From a virus (lineage: Duplodnaviria > Caudoviricetes), in IMG/VR virus record IMGVR_UViG_3300017903_000887, positions 1 through 44,336 of that record: a stretch of DNA of 44,336 nucleotides. One strand, 5' to 3'. Shown here piece after piece: positions 35,565 to 44,336 of the stretch. The first letter of the stretch is position 1, and the number at the start of each line of letters is the position of its first letter. The notes under the pieces are model-generated. The model was not told the origin of the DNA, ran no database searches, and saw only the letters and a list, made by a program, of their open reading frames with translations. The translations under genes and the position numbers were made by a program.

Positions 35565-35953
35565 TTGCAGAAGCTCTCACGTGTCTTGCGTTAAACATTT
35601 ATCATGAGGCACGTAACCAACCCCTAGATGGAAAAATTGCAGTTGCACACGTAGTCTTGAACAGGGTAGAAAGCCCAAGGTTTCCTGATGACATTTGCTC
35701 TGTAATCTATCAAGGGGTCAACAAGGGTAAGCACAGGTGCCAGTTTAGTTGGGCCTGTGATGGAAAGTCTGATAAGCCCCGTGAAAAAAGGGCTTGGGCG
35801 GATTCTCAAGCAATAGCTGCATCTGTGCTTTCCCTAGATACAAAAGATCCTACTAAAGGGGGTACTCACTACCACACGACTGCGAGTACTCCTTATTGGA
35901 GGAAACACCTAGAGAAAACAAGGAGGATACAAGATCATGTTTTCTACAAGTAG
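35561..35953 (+). CDS. SleB-like cell wall hydrolase
   Basis: CLALNIYHEAR...VAHVVLNRV..P.FP..IC.VI.Q...QFSW...HYH...HVFY. Confidence 0.9.
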   Translation: MIAEALTCLALNIYHEARNQPLDGKIAVAHVVLNRVESPRFPDDICSVIYQGVNKGKHRCQFSWACDGKSDKPREKRAWADSQAIAASVLSLDTKDPTKGGTHYHTTASTPYWRKHLEKTRRIQDHVFYK

Positions 35954-35963
35954 GAGAAAAGAG

Positions 35964-36248
35964 ATGGCTGAAGAGCAAGAAGAATTACGTAAGAAGTTTG
36001 CTGAGTGTGATTTCTACAAAGAGGATCTTGTAGATATGGTTAACCACCCTCCTCACTACAATAGTACCATAGAGTGTATTGATGCTATGTCTGCCATGAC
36101 TGAAAATGCTAAAGTGTCTCCCCATGCTGCATACTGTTGGCAAGCTGCTTTCAAGTATATTTGGAGGTGGCCTTACAAGGGTAAGTCTGTGCAAGATATA
36201 GACAAGGCTATCTGGTACTTAACGAGACTTAAAGAGGAGATAAAATAA
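35964..36248 (+). CDS. DUF3310/SaV-like protein
   Basis: DMVNHPPHY...IECIDA...KYIWR...K....DIDKAIWYL. Confidence 0.8.
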   Translation: MAEEQEELRKKFAECDFYKEDLVDMVNHPPHYNSTIECIDAMSAMTENAKVSPHAAYCWQAAFKYIWRWPYKGKSVQDIDKAIWYLTRLKEEIK

Positions 36249-36439
36249 TGTGGACTGCAGTTCTACTCATCTGTATGAATGAGGGTTTGTGTCAAGGTCA
36301 GCTAGACCCTATAATACATCCCACAGAAGAGATGTGTCAAATGTCGGTAAAAGTTGGCGCTACACACTTCCATAATCTAGGTTGGAAGATAACTGACTTC
36401 CGATGTATACAATGGGATGATGTTAAAGAAGATACATGA
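36248..36439 (+). CDS. Small Cys-containing hypothetical protein
   Basis: MWTAVLLIC...C...C...C pattern, coupled to the upstream stop. Confidence 0.55.
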   Translation: MWTAVLLICMNEGLCQGQLDPIIHPTEEMCQMSVKVGATHFHNLGWKITDFRCIQWDDVKEDT

Positions 36440-36443
36440 GGAC

Positions 36444-36477
36444 AAAAAAGAAGGCCCCGAGAGGGGCCTTTAGTTTT
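36444..36477. terminator. Bidirectional rho-independent terminator between the convergent arms
   Basis: AAAAAAG-AAGGCCCC-gaga-GGGGCCTT-TAGTTTT. Confidence 0.85.
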
Positions 36478-36516
36478 AAATGGAGGTAATTTCTGTAGTA
36501 TACAGATTTTATTTCT

Positions 36517-36984
36517 TTATACAAGCTCAAAGTGAGGTGCATCTATAAATGGTCTTCTACCTTGAGAGCGTCTTAAATCCACATAAGAGTTCATAGCATT
36601 TTCTGCAGTGTTTCCGTTCTCCCACCAAGAGGCTAGATCCTCTATATGCCATGCAGCCCCCCAACGCAAATTAGTGACACCTAGATCAGCAGCAGCCTCT
36701 GCCATAGCGTCTGCAATCTCATCGTACAGATTAAGCTCCCAACGACCACCAGAGCCAGCTACGTAAGCCATAAGGTCTACTGCCTTACCTTCAAGGTGCT
36801 TGCTCTTCATAGTCTGTGAGGCCCCTTTAGCAACCAGAGCCTCTTGCTCTTGCTTAGTCCTTAAGCCACATATCACGGAGAAGTCTTGCTTACTCAGGGA
36901 TATAGCATGATTCACGATTTCTACGAGTGTTTCATTTACTCCTAGTAGTTTTTCTTCACTACGAGCGCTAAGTTTAAACGTCAT
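36517..36984 (-). CDS. Endolysin, peptidase M15 (L-Ala-D-Glu peptidase type)
   Basis: Real start MTFKLSARS at 36984. Motifs GLRT..EQ..L..KGAS.TM.SKHL.G.AVD, RWG..W and DAPHFEL. Confidence 0.9.
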   Translation of the reverse strand: MTFKLSARSEEKLLGVNETLVEIVNHAISLSKQDFSVICGLRTKQEQEALVAKGASQTMKSKHLEGKAVDLMAYVAGSGGRWELNLYDEIADAMAEAAADLGVTNLRWGAAWHIEDLASWWENGNTAENAMNSYVDLRRSQGRRPFIDAPHFELV

Positions 36985-37348
36985 GGGATTTCTTCCTTTG
37001 AAAGATTGAAACGAATAAGTTACCAAACCAGTGTCCGATGGATTGAGGCGTTGGCAACAACCACCCAAGTAAGAGCAAGAGCAAGACCCAAGGTGGTATG
37101 TTTGTATTTTTAATTTCGAGCTGCTCGACTTTCTCTGCCTCGACCTCTTTAACAACTTCGGTGGTGATAATGTCCCTACCTGCATCCTGTCTATTTTGTT
37201 GTGCGACCACTTGTTGTGTGTTCTCTTTTCCCGCCAAGACGTTTGCATTAACAGTGGGGCCTCCATTGCTGCTTAAAGGGTTAAGGAAAGATGGTACTGA
37301 ACAGCTACTTAGAACTAGAGCTGCCACTACCAGAAAGTACTTTACCAT
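36974..37348 (-). CDS. Unimolecular spanin (T1 gp11-like architecture)
   Basis: N-terminal lipobox (VLSSC), polar periplasmic middle and C-terminal TMD WVLLLLLLGWLLP. Adjacent to the endolysin. Confidence 0.75.
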   Translation of the reverse strand: MVKYFLVVAALVLSSCSVPSFLNPLSSNGGPTVNANVLAGKENTQQVVAQQNRQDAGRDIITTEVVKEVEAEKVEQLEIKNTNIPPWVLLLLLLGWLLPTPQSIGHWFGNLFVSIFQRKKSHDV

Positions 37349-37535
37349 TTACATATATCCCATAGAATCCTGCCCCAGCGCCCACGATTACACTAACGAA
37401 TCCTGCCTGAGCGTTTGAGGGATCAGGGAGAGCCATGAACCAAGTTGTTGTGTTATAAAAAGCAATCCCGTAGAGTGTGAGGATCATGCGAGGCCATATG
37501 CGCCACTTGTCTAACCATTCTGGTGTTATATTCAT
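37305..37535 (-). CDS. Holin candidate
   Basis: 76 aa with two hydrophobic segments (WRIWPR...; AGFVSVIVGAGAGFYGIYV), in the lysis cluster. Confidence 0.55.
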   Translation of the reverse strand: MNITPEWLDKWRIWPRMILTLYGIAFYNTTTWFMALPDPSNAQAGFVSVIVGAGAGFYGIYVNGKVLSGSGSSSSK

Positions 37536-37753
37536 GCTACTACAAAGTCCACTATTTGTCCTGGTTGATACTTAGATTGATTATGTGGGTGATATGCATA
37601 GGCCGTTTCGTACTTATAATCTTTTGCTTTTCTTTTTACAGACCTGTATGTTTCTTCTACAATACGCTCTTTGTTACTAGATAGAGGTTGTTCCTTATTG
37701 AATGGTAATATTGATAAAGGTAAATACCCAAGTAATCCTAGATCTACATTCAT
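37532..37753 (-). CDS. Hypothetical protein
   Basis: 73 aa, ATGA-coupled on both sides. Confidence 0.5.
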   Translation of the reverse strand: MNVDLGLLGYLPLSILPFNKEQPLSSNKERIVEETYRSVKRKAKDYKYETAYAYHPHNQSKYQPGQIVDFVVA

Positions 37754-38217
37754 TGACTAGCTACCCATATAAAACTTACAAGACCTCCAAGTAAAACAAA
37801 AAACAAAGCTATTCCCGCAGCCCACTCTATGATAGCTTGTTTAATTTCCATACGGCGAAACTCATGCTCTCGTTTTTGCTTTCGGATGTCTGCTTCTATC
37901 CTAAGAAACTCTTGCCAGTGACTAGGGCCAAGAATAGCTGGATGACTGATAATTGTTCTTAGCTCATCCCTCATCTGTTGAGCTTTCTTACGCGCCATGA
38001 AAACTTCCATAGCTTGCGCTTGAGTACCACCTCCTAGCGCCTTATACCACGGAGGTTTCTCTGCCATCTTCTCGGCTTGGTCTAGCTCAGCCATACAGCC
38101 AGCCCACTGCTGAAGTTGTTGGCCCATATCTTGAAGATCACGACCGACTTGGACGCCTTTCTTAAGGAGATTAAAAGCGGCCGTGGCTCCAGAGATCGCC
38201 GTTATAGGATCTATCAT
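37750..38217 (-). CDS. Hypothetical protein with C-terminal TM anchor
   Basis: MIDPITAI..ATAAF..., coiled coil and hydrophobic C-terminus. Confidence 0.65.
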   Translation of the reverse strand: MIDPITAISGATAAFNLLKKGVQVGRDLQDMGQQLQQWAGCMAELDQAEKMAEKPPWYKALGGGTQAQAMEVFMARKKAQQMRDELRTIISHPAILGPSHWQEFLRIEADIRKQKREHEFRRMEIKQAIIEWAAGIALFFVLLGGLVSFIWVASQ

Positions 38218-38450
38218 CGGCGCTCAATTATCCTATCCAGTTTGGCGTCGAGTGACTCTAGTCGGTCGAGTATTCTGTTGATGTCACTTTGGGCTTCTGT
38301 CTTAGTGACGTAATCTTTAGCTATTTCTTCTCTTGTCTTGTTAAGAAGGACCTGTATTCTCTGTACTTCAGAGTACATGTTCCTACAGGCCCAACCTAAC
38401 AAACTCAGTAGGGCAGTTAATCCAGCAGTCCAAAGTACATCGTATTCCAT
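38214..38450 (-). CDS. Small N-anchored coiled-coil protein (lysis-region, XhlA-like architecture)
   Basis: N-terminal TM followed by REEIAKDYVTK...LDRLESLDAKLD. Confidence 0.55.
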   Translation of the reverse strand: MEYDVLWTAGLTALLSLLGWACRNMYSEVQRIQVLLNKTREEIAKDYVTKTEAQSDINRILDRLESLDAKLDRIIERR

Positions 38451-38460
38451 TACCTAACCT

Positions 38461-39141
38461 TTAATATTTTATACAGTAGAGGAAAGCACGGTTACGTGGT
38501 CTAGTCTCATCTCCCCCAGCCGCGTTTGTCGTCCTTGTTAATGGAACACCCAGCCTACTAGAATTACCACTTCCACCAGAACCAGTGGCACCGGGAAATG
38601 TGTGAGTGTGTGATTTAAACTCGTCAGCCTGAAACGATCCGAGAGATCGACCACTATCAACACCACGACCATCATCCCAACCCCTGACAAATTCACCCCG
38701 TAGGTCAGGTACATTGAAGGTAGTGCTGCCGTCTCCTGATCCGTATGTTGTACTTATTTGACTGAATAAAGCTGAATAAGTTGTACGACTAACTGCAGCA
38801 CCGTTACACTTAAGCCAACCTGTAGGCGCAGAAGACCCCGCAAAGGCTTGTAACATTCCAACAGGGAGTTGAGCAGAGAAGGTATCGTTAGTCTGATTAA
38901 GCTCTCCTACTTTTATCCACGCATCATTAGCTTCATTCCTAATGTATAGGATATTACTTGAGTTATCATACCACCACTGGTTTTTATATATAGTTGTAGG
39001 AGCGCCTGTTTCATCATCAACACTTGTACCGTTCCAACTCTGAGAAAAGTTAGAAGCAATACTTACGTTTATGTTGTTAATGTCCGTCCTAGCACTAGCT
39101 GCGCCTTGGTTAGCTATAATTAGGTCTGCTGGTTTTGCCAT
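38461..39141 (-). CDS. Tail collar domain fibre protein
   Basis: PVGML.AFAG..AP.GWL.CNG.AVSRTTY..LF..I.TTYG.GDGSTTFNVPDLRG...ETRPRN...YCIKY. Confidence 0.88.
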   Translation of the reverse strand: MAKPADLIIANQGAASARTDINNINVSIASNFSQSWNGTSVDDETGAPTTIYKNQWWYDNSSNILYIRNEANDAWIKVGELNQTNDTFSAQLPVGMLQAFAGSSAPTGWLKCNGAAVSRTTYSALFSQISTTYGSGDGSTTFNVPDLRGEFVRGWDDGRGVDSGRSLGSFQADEFKSHTHTFPGATGSGGSGNSSRLGVPLTRTTNAAGGDETRPRNRAFLYCIKY

Positions 39142-39152
39142 CTTAGTTTTCC

Positions 39153-41864
39153 TTAAGTATCATACTGTATTATACCTTCTAATACAGATATAGTCGGGGT
39201 TACGTTATCTGTGTTACTCTCAAGTTCAGCTTTGAACTTAAATGCTCTGCCCACTATGTCCCCTGATGCAGGAACCCAATCTCCCCAAGTAGGAGTACCT
39301 GAGGGATCATCACTTGTTGCAGCTACAAATATAAGTACGTTAGTGTCTCCATAGTTGGCATTTTCGTTAGTCCAAGTGTCCCAGTTATCAGGCCAAGTGT
39401 TCCAGTTACCGGGAATGTCATCCCAATTAGTTTCTCCAGAAACAGCATCTTCATTGTGTCTAATAGACGCTAAGTTATGAGAAACCCTTACTGTTCTAAC
39501 TGCCGCTGGACTAGGCTCTAAGTAACCTGTAAATTCATATGTACCTGTAGAGGGAGCAGTAGTATAGTTACTTAACCTTAATTCGTCTGGGTTTGTTGAG
39601 GTCTCAATAGCTACATTAGTTTTTGTACCAGAAAAAGAGGGGCTTTCAGTGTCAGTAAGGGTATTACCTAATGGAGGTAATTCAGCACTTGTAATAGTTA
39701 AAGAGGCTGGACTGCCTCCGTTACCAACTTTATCGTAAGGTTCAATAAATACCGTACCTGTAATAGCTGGAAAGGCTACAGAAGTAGCTGGCCTTGCTAC
39801 TTTTTCGATCATAACTTGCTTAGAGCCATCTGTAAAAGTAGCTATAGTAGAAGAGCTGTGGTATATTTTGTAGTAAGATAAGTCTAGAGCCGTAGATGCA
39901 TTCCATTTTAAGAAGAAAGAACTGCCAGATAGTTGTTTGGTAAATCCTACAGGGGCATCAGGTCCAGTGCTATCATACTCTGCTGTAACCTGTATTGCAT
40001 TATCCGCAAAATTACTTCTGATACCAATAGCATTAACAGCCCTAGCTCTTATGTCATAGATTATTCCAGCTTCTCCTATGTTAGGTACGTCAATGTCTAT
40101 TATTTCAAAACTTCCTAATTCACCTGTTCCTAGGGACTTATAGTTTGTGTCTGTGGCTTTCTTGTATTGAACCTCTACATAGTCAATACGCTCGGGTGAT
40201 GTTGAGTTTACATCTATTACAAGAACATTCACTACATGCTCATTTATGACCCTGTAATCTTGAGAGGTACTAAGTGATATAGACGGTACGTCAAAAGCGG
40301 TGACAAGTGTAGTGTTATCCCTCTCGTATATTGCCCCATCATCTACTTCGTCAAACACAGAGGAGCTTATTTCTCTGAGAGTCATGCTTATTCCCAAATC
40401 ACCGTTTGGTACAAAAGAAAATCCCCAACTAGATACTTCAAATTCCTTGTTAGTAAATCCAAATCTAGTGCTTGACAGTCTTACTGTATCTCCAACTTGA
40501 ACTTTAAGAGCTCTAAGACCAAAAGTCGCCTCTATTGTCAGTTGCTGCCTATTACGCTCTAGTGCTATACGAGAGAGCCTTCTAGCCTCTGTGGTATTGT
40601 CAGTGAAAGGAAGGGATATATCTACTACACTCTCTTGACCACCATCTGCTTCTAGTAGTTCATTATAGGTAGTAGAGTTTAGTACAGGAACTTGCGGATA
40701 ATCTGAAGGTTGATAATCACTTTCTGGACCCCTAAATGTCCCTCTAACTACATTAAAGTTATCTCTTCTAGAGTGTCGTGTTCTTACAGAGATTGCTGAC
40801 CTCAAGTCGTCTTCATTTAGGTCCAGTACAGAGTTTGTAAAGTACGCAGGTTTCATTCTCCATTTACCTTGGGAGTACCAGAGAAGGCCTCCCATAGAGG
40901 TAGATAAATTCTGCAAAACATCATGAGGTACACTGTTCGTAGTAAATGCACCGTTGCAAGTATATCTAGTTCCACCAGATAAAGTGGGATAATTTAGGTA
41001 ATCACAAACATTGGCAGCAGTGCTTACAAGTGTATCATCTACGTTTTCAAGGTCTTCACCTACACCATAAGTGTATATACTTGTATTAGTACCTTCCTTA
41101 CCAGACGTAATGTAGTCCCTCATAATCAGGGCAGGATTATCAGACCAAGCTGTTGTACTTGTACGGGGGTCATATACTTTTTTACCCTTAATAATAGCAG
41201 TAATCTCAGGGAAACCTGTTGGAAATACATCTGGATCAAACTCCAGTGTAACATATAAATAGGACACACCCAGTAACTTAGCATCTGAAGTCCATTTTTC
41301 AGGTAGACTTATACTGCCACCTAAATCAGAAGCGGTAACTGAGGTCTGTGTGGTAGTCCCCAGCTTCTTTACAATTTTTACTTTACCCACGTACTTAGAT
41401 GGGGAAGTGACACTATTACCACTTAATGTAAGTATCTCATCGTTAAAGTATATAGTTTCAAATTCTTCTATCTCATGCCCAGTAAAGGCTAGGACTGTAT
41501 GAAGGTACTTATTGTTATCGGTTACAGCTTGAAAAACTATACCACCAGCAACTCTAGTTTTACCGTACAAAATTTGGTGTGGAAGCGTTGATCCCCTTTG
41601 AGTTACAAGGTATCCTTGATCTTGTTGTTGGGTTTTGTCAGGCGGCATTAAAGCCTTAGTAACTGCTATGGTAGTTAGAGTAGTTGCGTAAGTAAATCCT
41701 GCATAGGTTACGGCAGTTGATAAACCTGCTTCCATCCCAAGCATCGGTACGCCAAAATAATAACCAACAACAAAAGCTACTGCAGCAGATATAGCTGCAG
41801 CTACCTGTGCGTTCGGGTCAAGAAGATCAACGTCAACCCCAGTTAAATCAGACAACCAAGACAT
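39153..41864 (-). CDS. Tail tip / central fibre protein (lambda J-like)
   Basis: ILYGKTRVAG, IKGKKVYDPR...WSDNPAL..RDY, RYTCNG and FN3-like segments. 903 aa. Confidence 0.88.
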   Translation of the reverse strand: MSWLSDLTGVDVDLLDPNAQVAAAISAAVAFVVGYYFGVPMLGMEAGLSTAVTYAGFTYATTLTTIAVTKALMPPDKTQQQDQGYLVTQRGSTLPHQILYGKTRVAGGIVFQAVTDNNKYLHTVLAFTGHEIEEFETIYFNDEILTLSGNSVTSPSKYVGKVKIVKKLGTTTQTSVTASDLGGSISLPEKWTSDAKLLGVSYLYVTLEFDPDVFPTGFPEITAIIKGKKVYDPRTSTTAWSDNPALIMRDYITSGKEGTNTSIYTYGVGEDLENVDDTLVSTAANVCDYLNYPTLSGGTRYTCNGAFTTNSVPHDVLQNLSTSMGGLLWYSQGKWRMKPAYFTNSVLDLNEDDLRSAISVRTRHSRRDNFNVVRGTFRGPESDYQPSDYPQVPVLNSTTYNELLEADGGQESVVDISLPFTDNTTEARRLSRIALERNRQQLTIEATFGLRALKVQVGDTVRLSSTRFGFTNKEFEVSSWGFSFVPNGDLGISMTLREISSSVFDEVDDGAIYERDNTTLVTAFDVPSISLSTSQDYRVINEHVVNVLVIDVNSTSPERIDYVEVQYKKATDTNYKSLGTGELGSFEIIDIDVPNIGEAGIIYDIRARAVNAIGIRSNFADNAIQVTAEYDSTGPDAPVGFTKQLSGSSFFLKWNASTALDLSYYKIYHSSSTIATFTDGSKQVMIEKVARPATSVAFPAITGTVFIEPYDKVGNGGSPASLTITSAELPPLGNTLTDTESPSFSGTKTNVAIETSTNPDELRLSNYTTAPSTGTYEFTGYLEPSPAAVRTVRVSHNLASIRHNEDAVSGETNWDDIPGNWNTWPDNWDTWTNENANYGDTNVLIFVAATSDDPSGTPTWGDWVPASGDIVGRAFKFKAELESNTDNVTPTISVLEGIIQYDT

Positions 41865-41881
41865 TTACAGTATTTCTCCGA

Positions 41882-42943
41882 TCATTCTGAAGCCCTGCCC
41901 CAAGATAATTTCTGGTCTTGTAGATCTTCTACAAAGTCAAAACCAATATCTGTGCTTGCACCTGTAATGTTTCTCGACTTTTGAAACTGCCCAGTATACC
42001 TAGCAATCCTAGCTCTTTCCAAATCAATGAGTTTATTCTCAAGTGAAACTTGTATAGAGCCCCCATCAGGGGAATCTACTATATTCATTTGATCCATGTA
42101 ACCTGAGAATATCTCAGTCATAGATGATTCCGACACTCCAAAATATATTTTACCAGTTCTTCCTTGATAAGGTGCTCTCAAGGCCAAGGCGAGAACCTCT
42201 GAGGGTAAACTTGTGACGGTAATATCAGCACCTTTAGCTTCAGTTTCCGTAGTCTCTTCAATAGCAGATACCGACAATAAAGTACCAGCACCTGTCCAAT
42301 TATGCCCGTCAAAATTAAGTGTACCTATACCTGTCCATAACCTCAGGGGGGCATACTTAGTAGCGGAGCCTGTGCCTGTACCAACGCCAGTGGCTGTAAA
42401 GACAGTTCCTACGGTGTTATCAGTAGCACCTATTTCAGTAAAATCAGTTTCATAAATGCTAACAGTTATAGAAGACCCCATTCCACTGTGATTAGAGCAG
42501 TAATAGTATAGAGTGGAAGGAGCACCATCTGCGACAGTGATTTGTACAGATGCACCAGAAGTACCTGCTGTACCGCTTACAGTAACCCCTGTTGTGTATT
42601 CAGTTCCACTGTTGTGTGTACCGTCATCAGTCTCTGAGAATCTTAGCGGGTGTCCTGAGTTACTACTATCGCTGACATCAAATGTGTAGGTAGACTCCTC
42701 TAAGAAAGTTAGAGCTTCTGCAGGTTCTCCGTTGATGTAGTATATACCTCCAGACACCGTAACAGTCAGTGTAAGGCTTTCTTGACTGCTATCATTAGTA
42801 GTTAAAATTGTATATACTTCACCAGAAGTAAAACTACCAGCATCCTCTGTTACATTATCAAAGTCCAACTCAACAGCGAAGAAGGGGCTGATTACTTCAT
42901 CATCAAGAGCATTGGTTATAGTTGCAGGTAAAGTGCGGGACAT
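41882..42943 (-). CDS. Tail hub / minor tail L-like protein with inserted domains
   Basis: PFFAVELDFD...LRLWTG.G.L...G..W.GAG.LLS.S.IEET...FSGYMD.M...ENKLIDLER. The inserted segment contains HPLRFS...YYYCSNHSGM. Confidence 0.75.
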   Translation of the reverse strand: MSRTLPATITNALDDEVISPFFAVELDFDNVTEDAGSFTSGEVYTILTTNDSSQESLTLTVTVSGGIYYINGEPAEALTFLEESTYTFDVSDSSNSGHPLRFSETDDGTHNSGTEYTTGVTVSGTAGTSGASVQITVADGAPSTLYYYCSNHSGMGSSITVSIYETDFTEIGATDNTVGTVFTATGVGTGTGSATKYAPLRLWTGIGTLNFDGHNWTGAGTLLSVSAIEETTETEAKGADITVTSLPSEVLALALRAPYQGRTGKIYFGVSESSMTEIFSGYMDQMNIVDSPDGGSIQVSLENKLIDLERARIARYTGQFQKSRNITGASTDIGFDFVEDLQDQKLSWGRASE

Positions 42944-43539
42944 TATTGAAGAGCCTCTATAGCTTCAAAAGAAATACCATAAGTGCTTGCGTTGTCTATT
43001 GACCAGCTAACACTGTTTTGACCTAATCTGAAAACACCCTTTGGGCTACTGTATATGACATTCTCTGCAGTGTAGTCATTTCTTAACTTGGGCCATATCT
43101 CTAAGTCAACATCTGTACCAGCAGTCCTGTCAACCAACACCTTGTGTAGCTTTGCAGCAGACCCAGTTCCTAATTGAATGTAGTCACCAGCTAGCAAGCT
43201 GCCAGTAAGGGTAATTTGTACTGTATCATCTCCTGCGCTTCCTGTTACCGTAGGAGTACCGCTCACTGTACCTCTAGGGGAAACGTAGTCAGGGTCTCCT
43301 AAAAGGAAGGTCCCTCTAGGCCCCTTTAACGCTACAAGAAAAGCCTTCCAAGCGGCAGCTAAATCTTTTCTAACAGGGGGTATAGATACTACAGCCGACC
43401 AAATTTGACCTTGGTGAACTACAACCTGTTGCTTGTAGGTAAAAGGAGACTGAGATACAGCTACGGCATTCCTAGCGGTAAGCTCAATGCTTTCTACACC
43501 AATAGTAGTAGGAATATTAAGAGGGTAACTTATTGCCAT
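42943..43539 (-). CDS. Distal tail protein
   Basis: Follows the TMP. SQSPFT..QQ.....G..W...V.IPP, L.G..GTF..GDP and PKGVFRL. Confidence 0.75.
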   Translation of the reverse strand: MAISYPLNIPTTIGVESIELTARNAVAVSQSPFTYKQQVVVHQGQIWSAVVSIPPVRKDLAAAWKAFLVALKGPRGTFLLGDPDYVSPRGTVSGTPTVTGSAGDDTVQITLTGSLLAGDYIQLGTGSAAKLHKVLVDRTAGTDVDLEIWPKLRNDYTAENVIYSSPKGVFRLGQNSVSWSIDNASTYGISFEAIEALQ

Positions 43540-43542
43540 ACC

Positions 43543-44336
43543 TTATCCAAACGTAGCTTTCATGGAACCGCCTCTTCGCCTTTGGCTCATAACTGCACCT
43601 ACAGACGATTTTATAATACCTGCACTGGCTTGTTGAACAGTCTGAGTAACAAGTCTTTTCGTATCATCAGAGGTGTTAGCAGAAATATTGAAGGTTTGAT
43701 TAACCACAGTTCTACCCATACCCTGACCCTTAGTGTGATCTATGACAGTCTCTCTTGGGTGTAGCATAGCTAGGAAACCGCCTTTGCCGTCTAGCCCACC
43801 AGAGCGAGGGCCTGACCCTGTGTAACCACCACCGTCATAGACTGTACCCACACTCCCTAGCTCACTATATGTACCTATAGCACCTTTTACAGCCCCACCA
43901 ATAGAATCCACCATTGTTTCAACAAAGAGAATTTTATACAGTTGTTGTATAATATCTACAGCCATCTGACGGAATGTCATTTCTACATCTTGGGCGAAGT
44001 CCTTAAATGTACCATTCAACATATCAAGATCAGTGACAATAGTCATCATAGCGTCACCGAGACCACTTTCAAAGACATTAGTTATGTCTTGTATTCTCTG
44101 CTCTTGCGCTTCCAAAGCTGCTGTTTCTGCATTTATGGCGGCTATTCTCTTTGCTGCTTGCTCAAGTCTCTTTGCTGCTTGCTCAAGTTGAGCCTCGGTC
44201 ATTTTCCCAGAGGCCTTTTTATTTCTTTCCTTAAGATCGTATAATATCTGTAAGCGATCTGCCTCTTTATCAGATAGACCTACTATTTGCCTTTGAAGGT
44301 TAGCTTCTCTTTCCATGCCTTTTATTATGGAAGCCA
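43543..44336 (-). CDS. Tape measure protein, C-terminal part
   Basis: Overlaps in sequence with the 1-197 end of the N-terminal part. Contains YDGGGYTG.G.R.GG.DGKGGF.AMLHP.ETV, a typical TMP C-terminus. Confidence 0.88.
   Translation of the reverse strand, partial: ASIIKGMEREANLQRQIVGLSDKEADRLQILYDLKERNKKASGKMTEAQLEQAAKRLEQAAKRIAAINAETAALEAQEQRIQDITNVFESGLGDAMMTIVTDLDMLNGTFKDFAQDVEMTFRQMAVDIIQQLYKILFVETMVDSIGGAVKGAIGTYSELGSVGTVYDGGGYTGSGPRSGGLDGKGGFLAMLHPRETVIDHTKGQGMGRTVVNQTFNISANTSDDTKRLVTQTVQQASAGIIKSSVGAVMSQRRRGGSMKATFG
44119..44336. repeat. Imperfect direct repeat of 1-197 (circularisation overlap)
   Basis: 44119-44146 is identical to 1-28 and 44278-44336 is identical to 139-197. The middle is diverged and carries an extra 21 nt. 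Confidence 0.9.

Noticed and set aside
22734-36194. Minus-strand ORFs within the early and replication arm
   Set aside because: They are antisense to clear plus-strand genes and have no independent support.
36985-37266. 94-aa N-terminal extension of the endolysin in the ORF track
   Set aside because: It overlaps the spanin gene in another frame. The M15 domain starts at ATG 36984, which has an SD (AAAGGA).
44119-44336. Physical direct terminal repeat of the virion DNA
   Set aside because: The repeat lies mid-gene in the TMP and the copies are diverged. True terminal repeats are regenerated as identical copies.
1-44336. Prophage/lysogeny module or host flanks
   Set aside because: No integrase, repressor, partition genes or bacterial housekeeping genes are recognisable, and the ends join within one phage gene.

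Overview
This window is an essentially complete, circularly permuted ~44.1 kb genome of a tailed dsDNA phage with a siphovirus-type tail. It looks lytic: no integrase or repressor is visible. The host is probably a marine alphaproteobacterium, inferred from the B12-dependent RNR, SleB hydrolase and fibre families. The contig opens and closes inside the tape-measure gene, with an imperfect 197/218-bp overlap. The minus-strand arm runs from 21030 down to 1 and wraps from 44336 to 36517. It encodes terminase, portal, a ~8.7 kb block of fibre/adhesin genes inside the head cluster, a split protease/scaffold pair, capsid, neck, tail, tail tip and lysis genes (holin candidate, unimolecular spanin, M15 endolysin). 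The plus-strand arm (22579-36439) begins with a three-gene early cassette: a Cys-rich unknown, an M28-like Zn hydrolase and a small acidic ORF. The cassette is bracketed by related CCWGG-rich/CCCCC-GGAAAAT repeat arrays. A T7-like replication module follows: primase-helicase, C5-MTase-like protein, PolA, SSB, exonuclease, endonuclease I, phosphoesterase, MazG and NrdJ. The two arms meet at a bidirectional terminator near 36451. The best candidates for undescribed biology are (i) the repeat-bracketed early cassette, (ii) the head-cluster fibre block with a gp37/gp38-like pair, and (iii) the prohead protease split across two genes. All family assignments come from motif recognition by eye; no database search was run.
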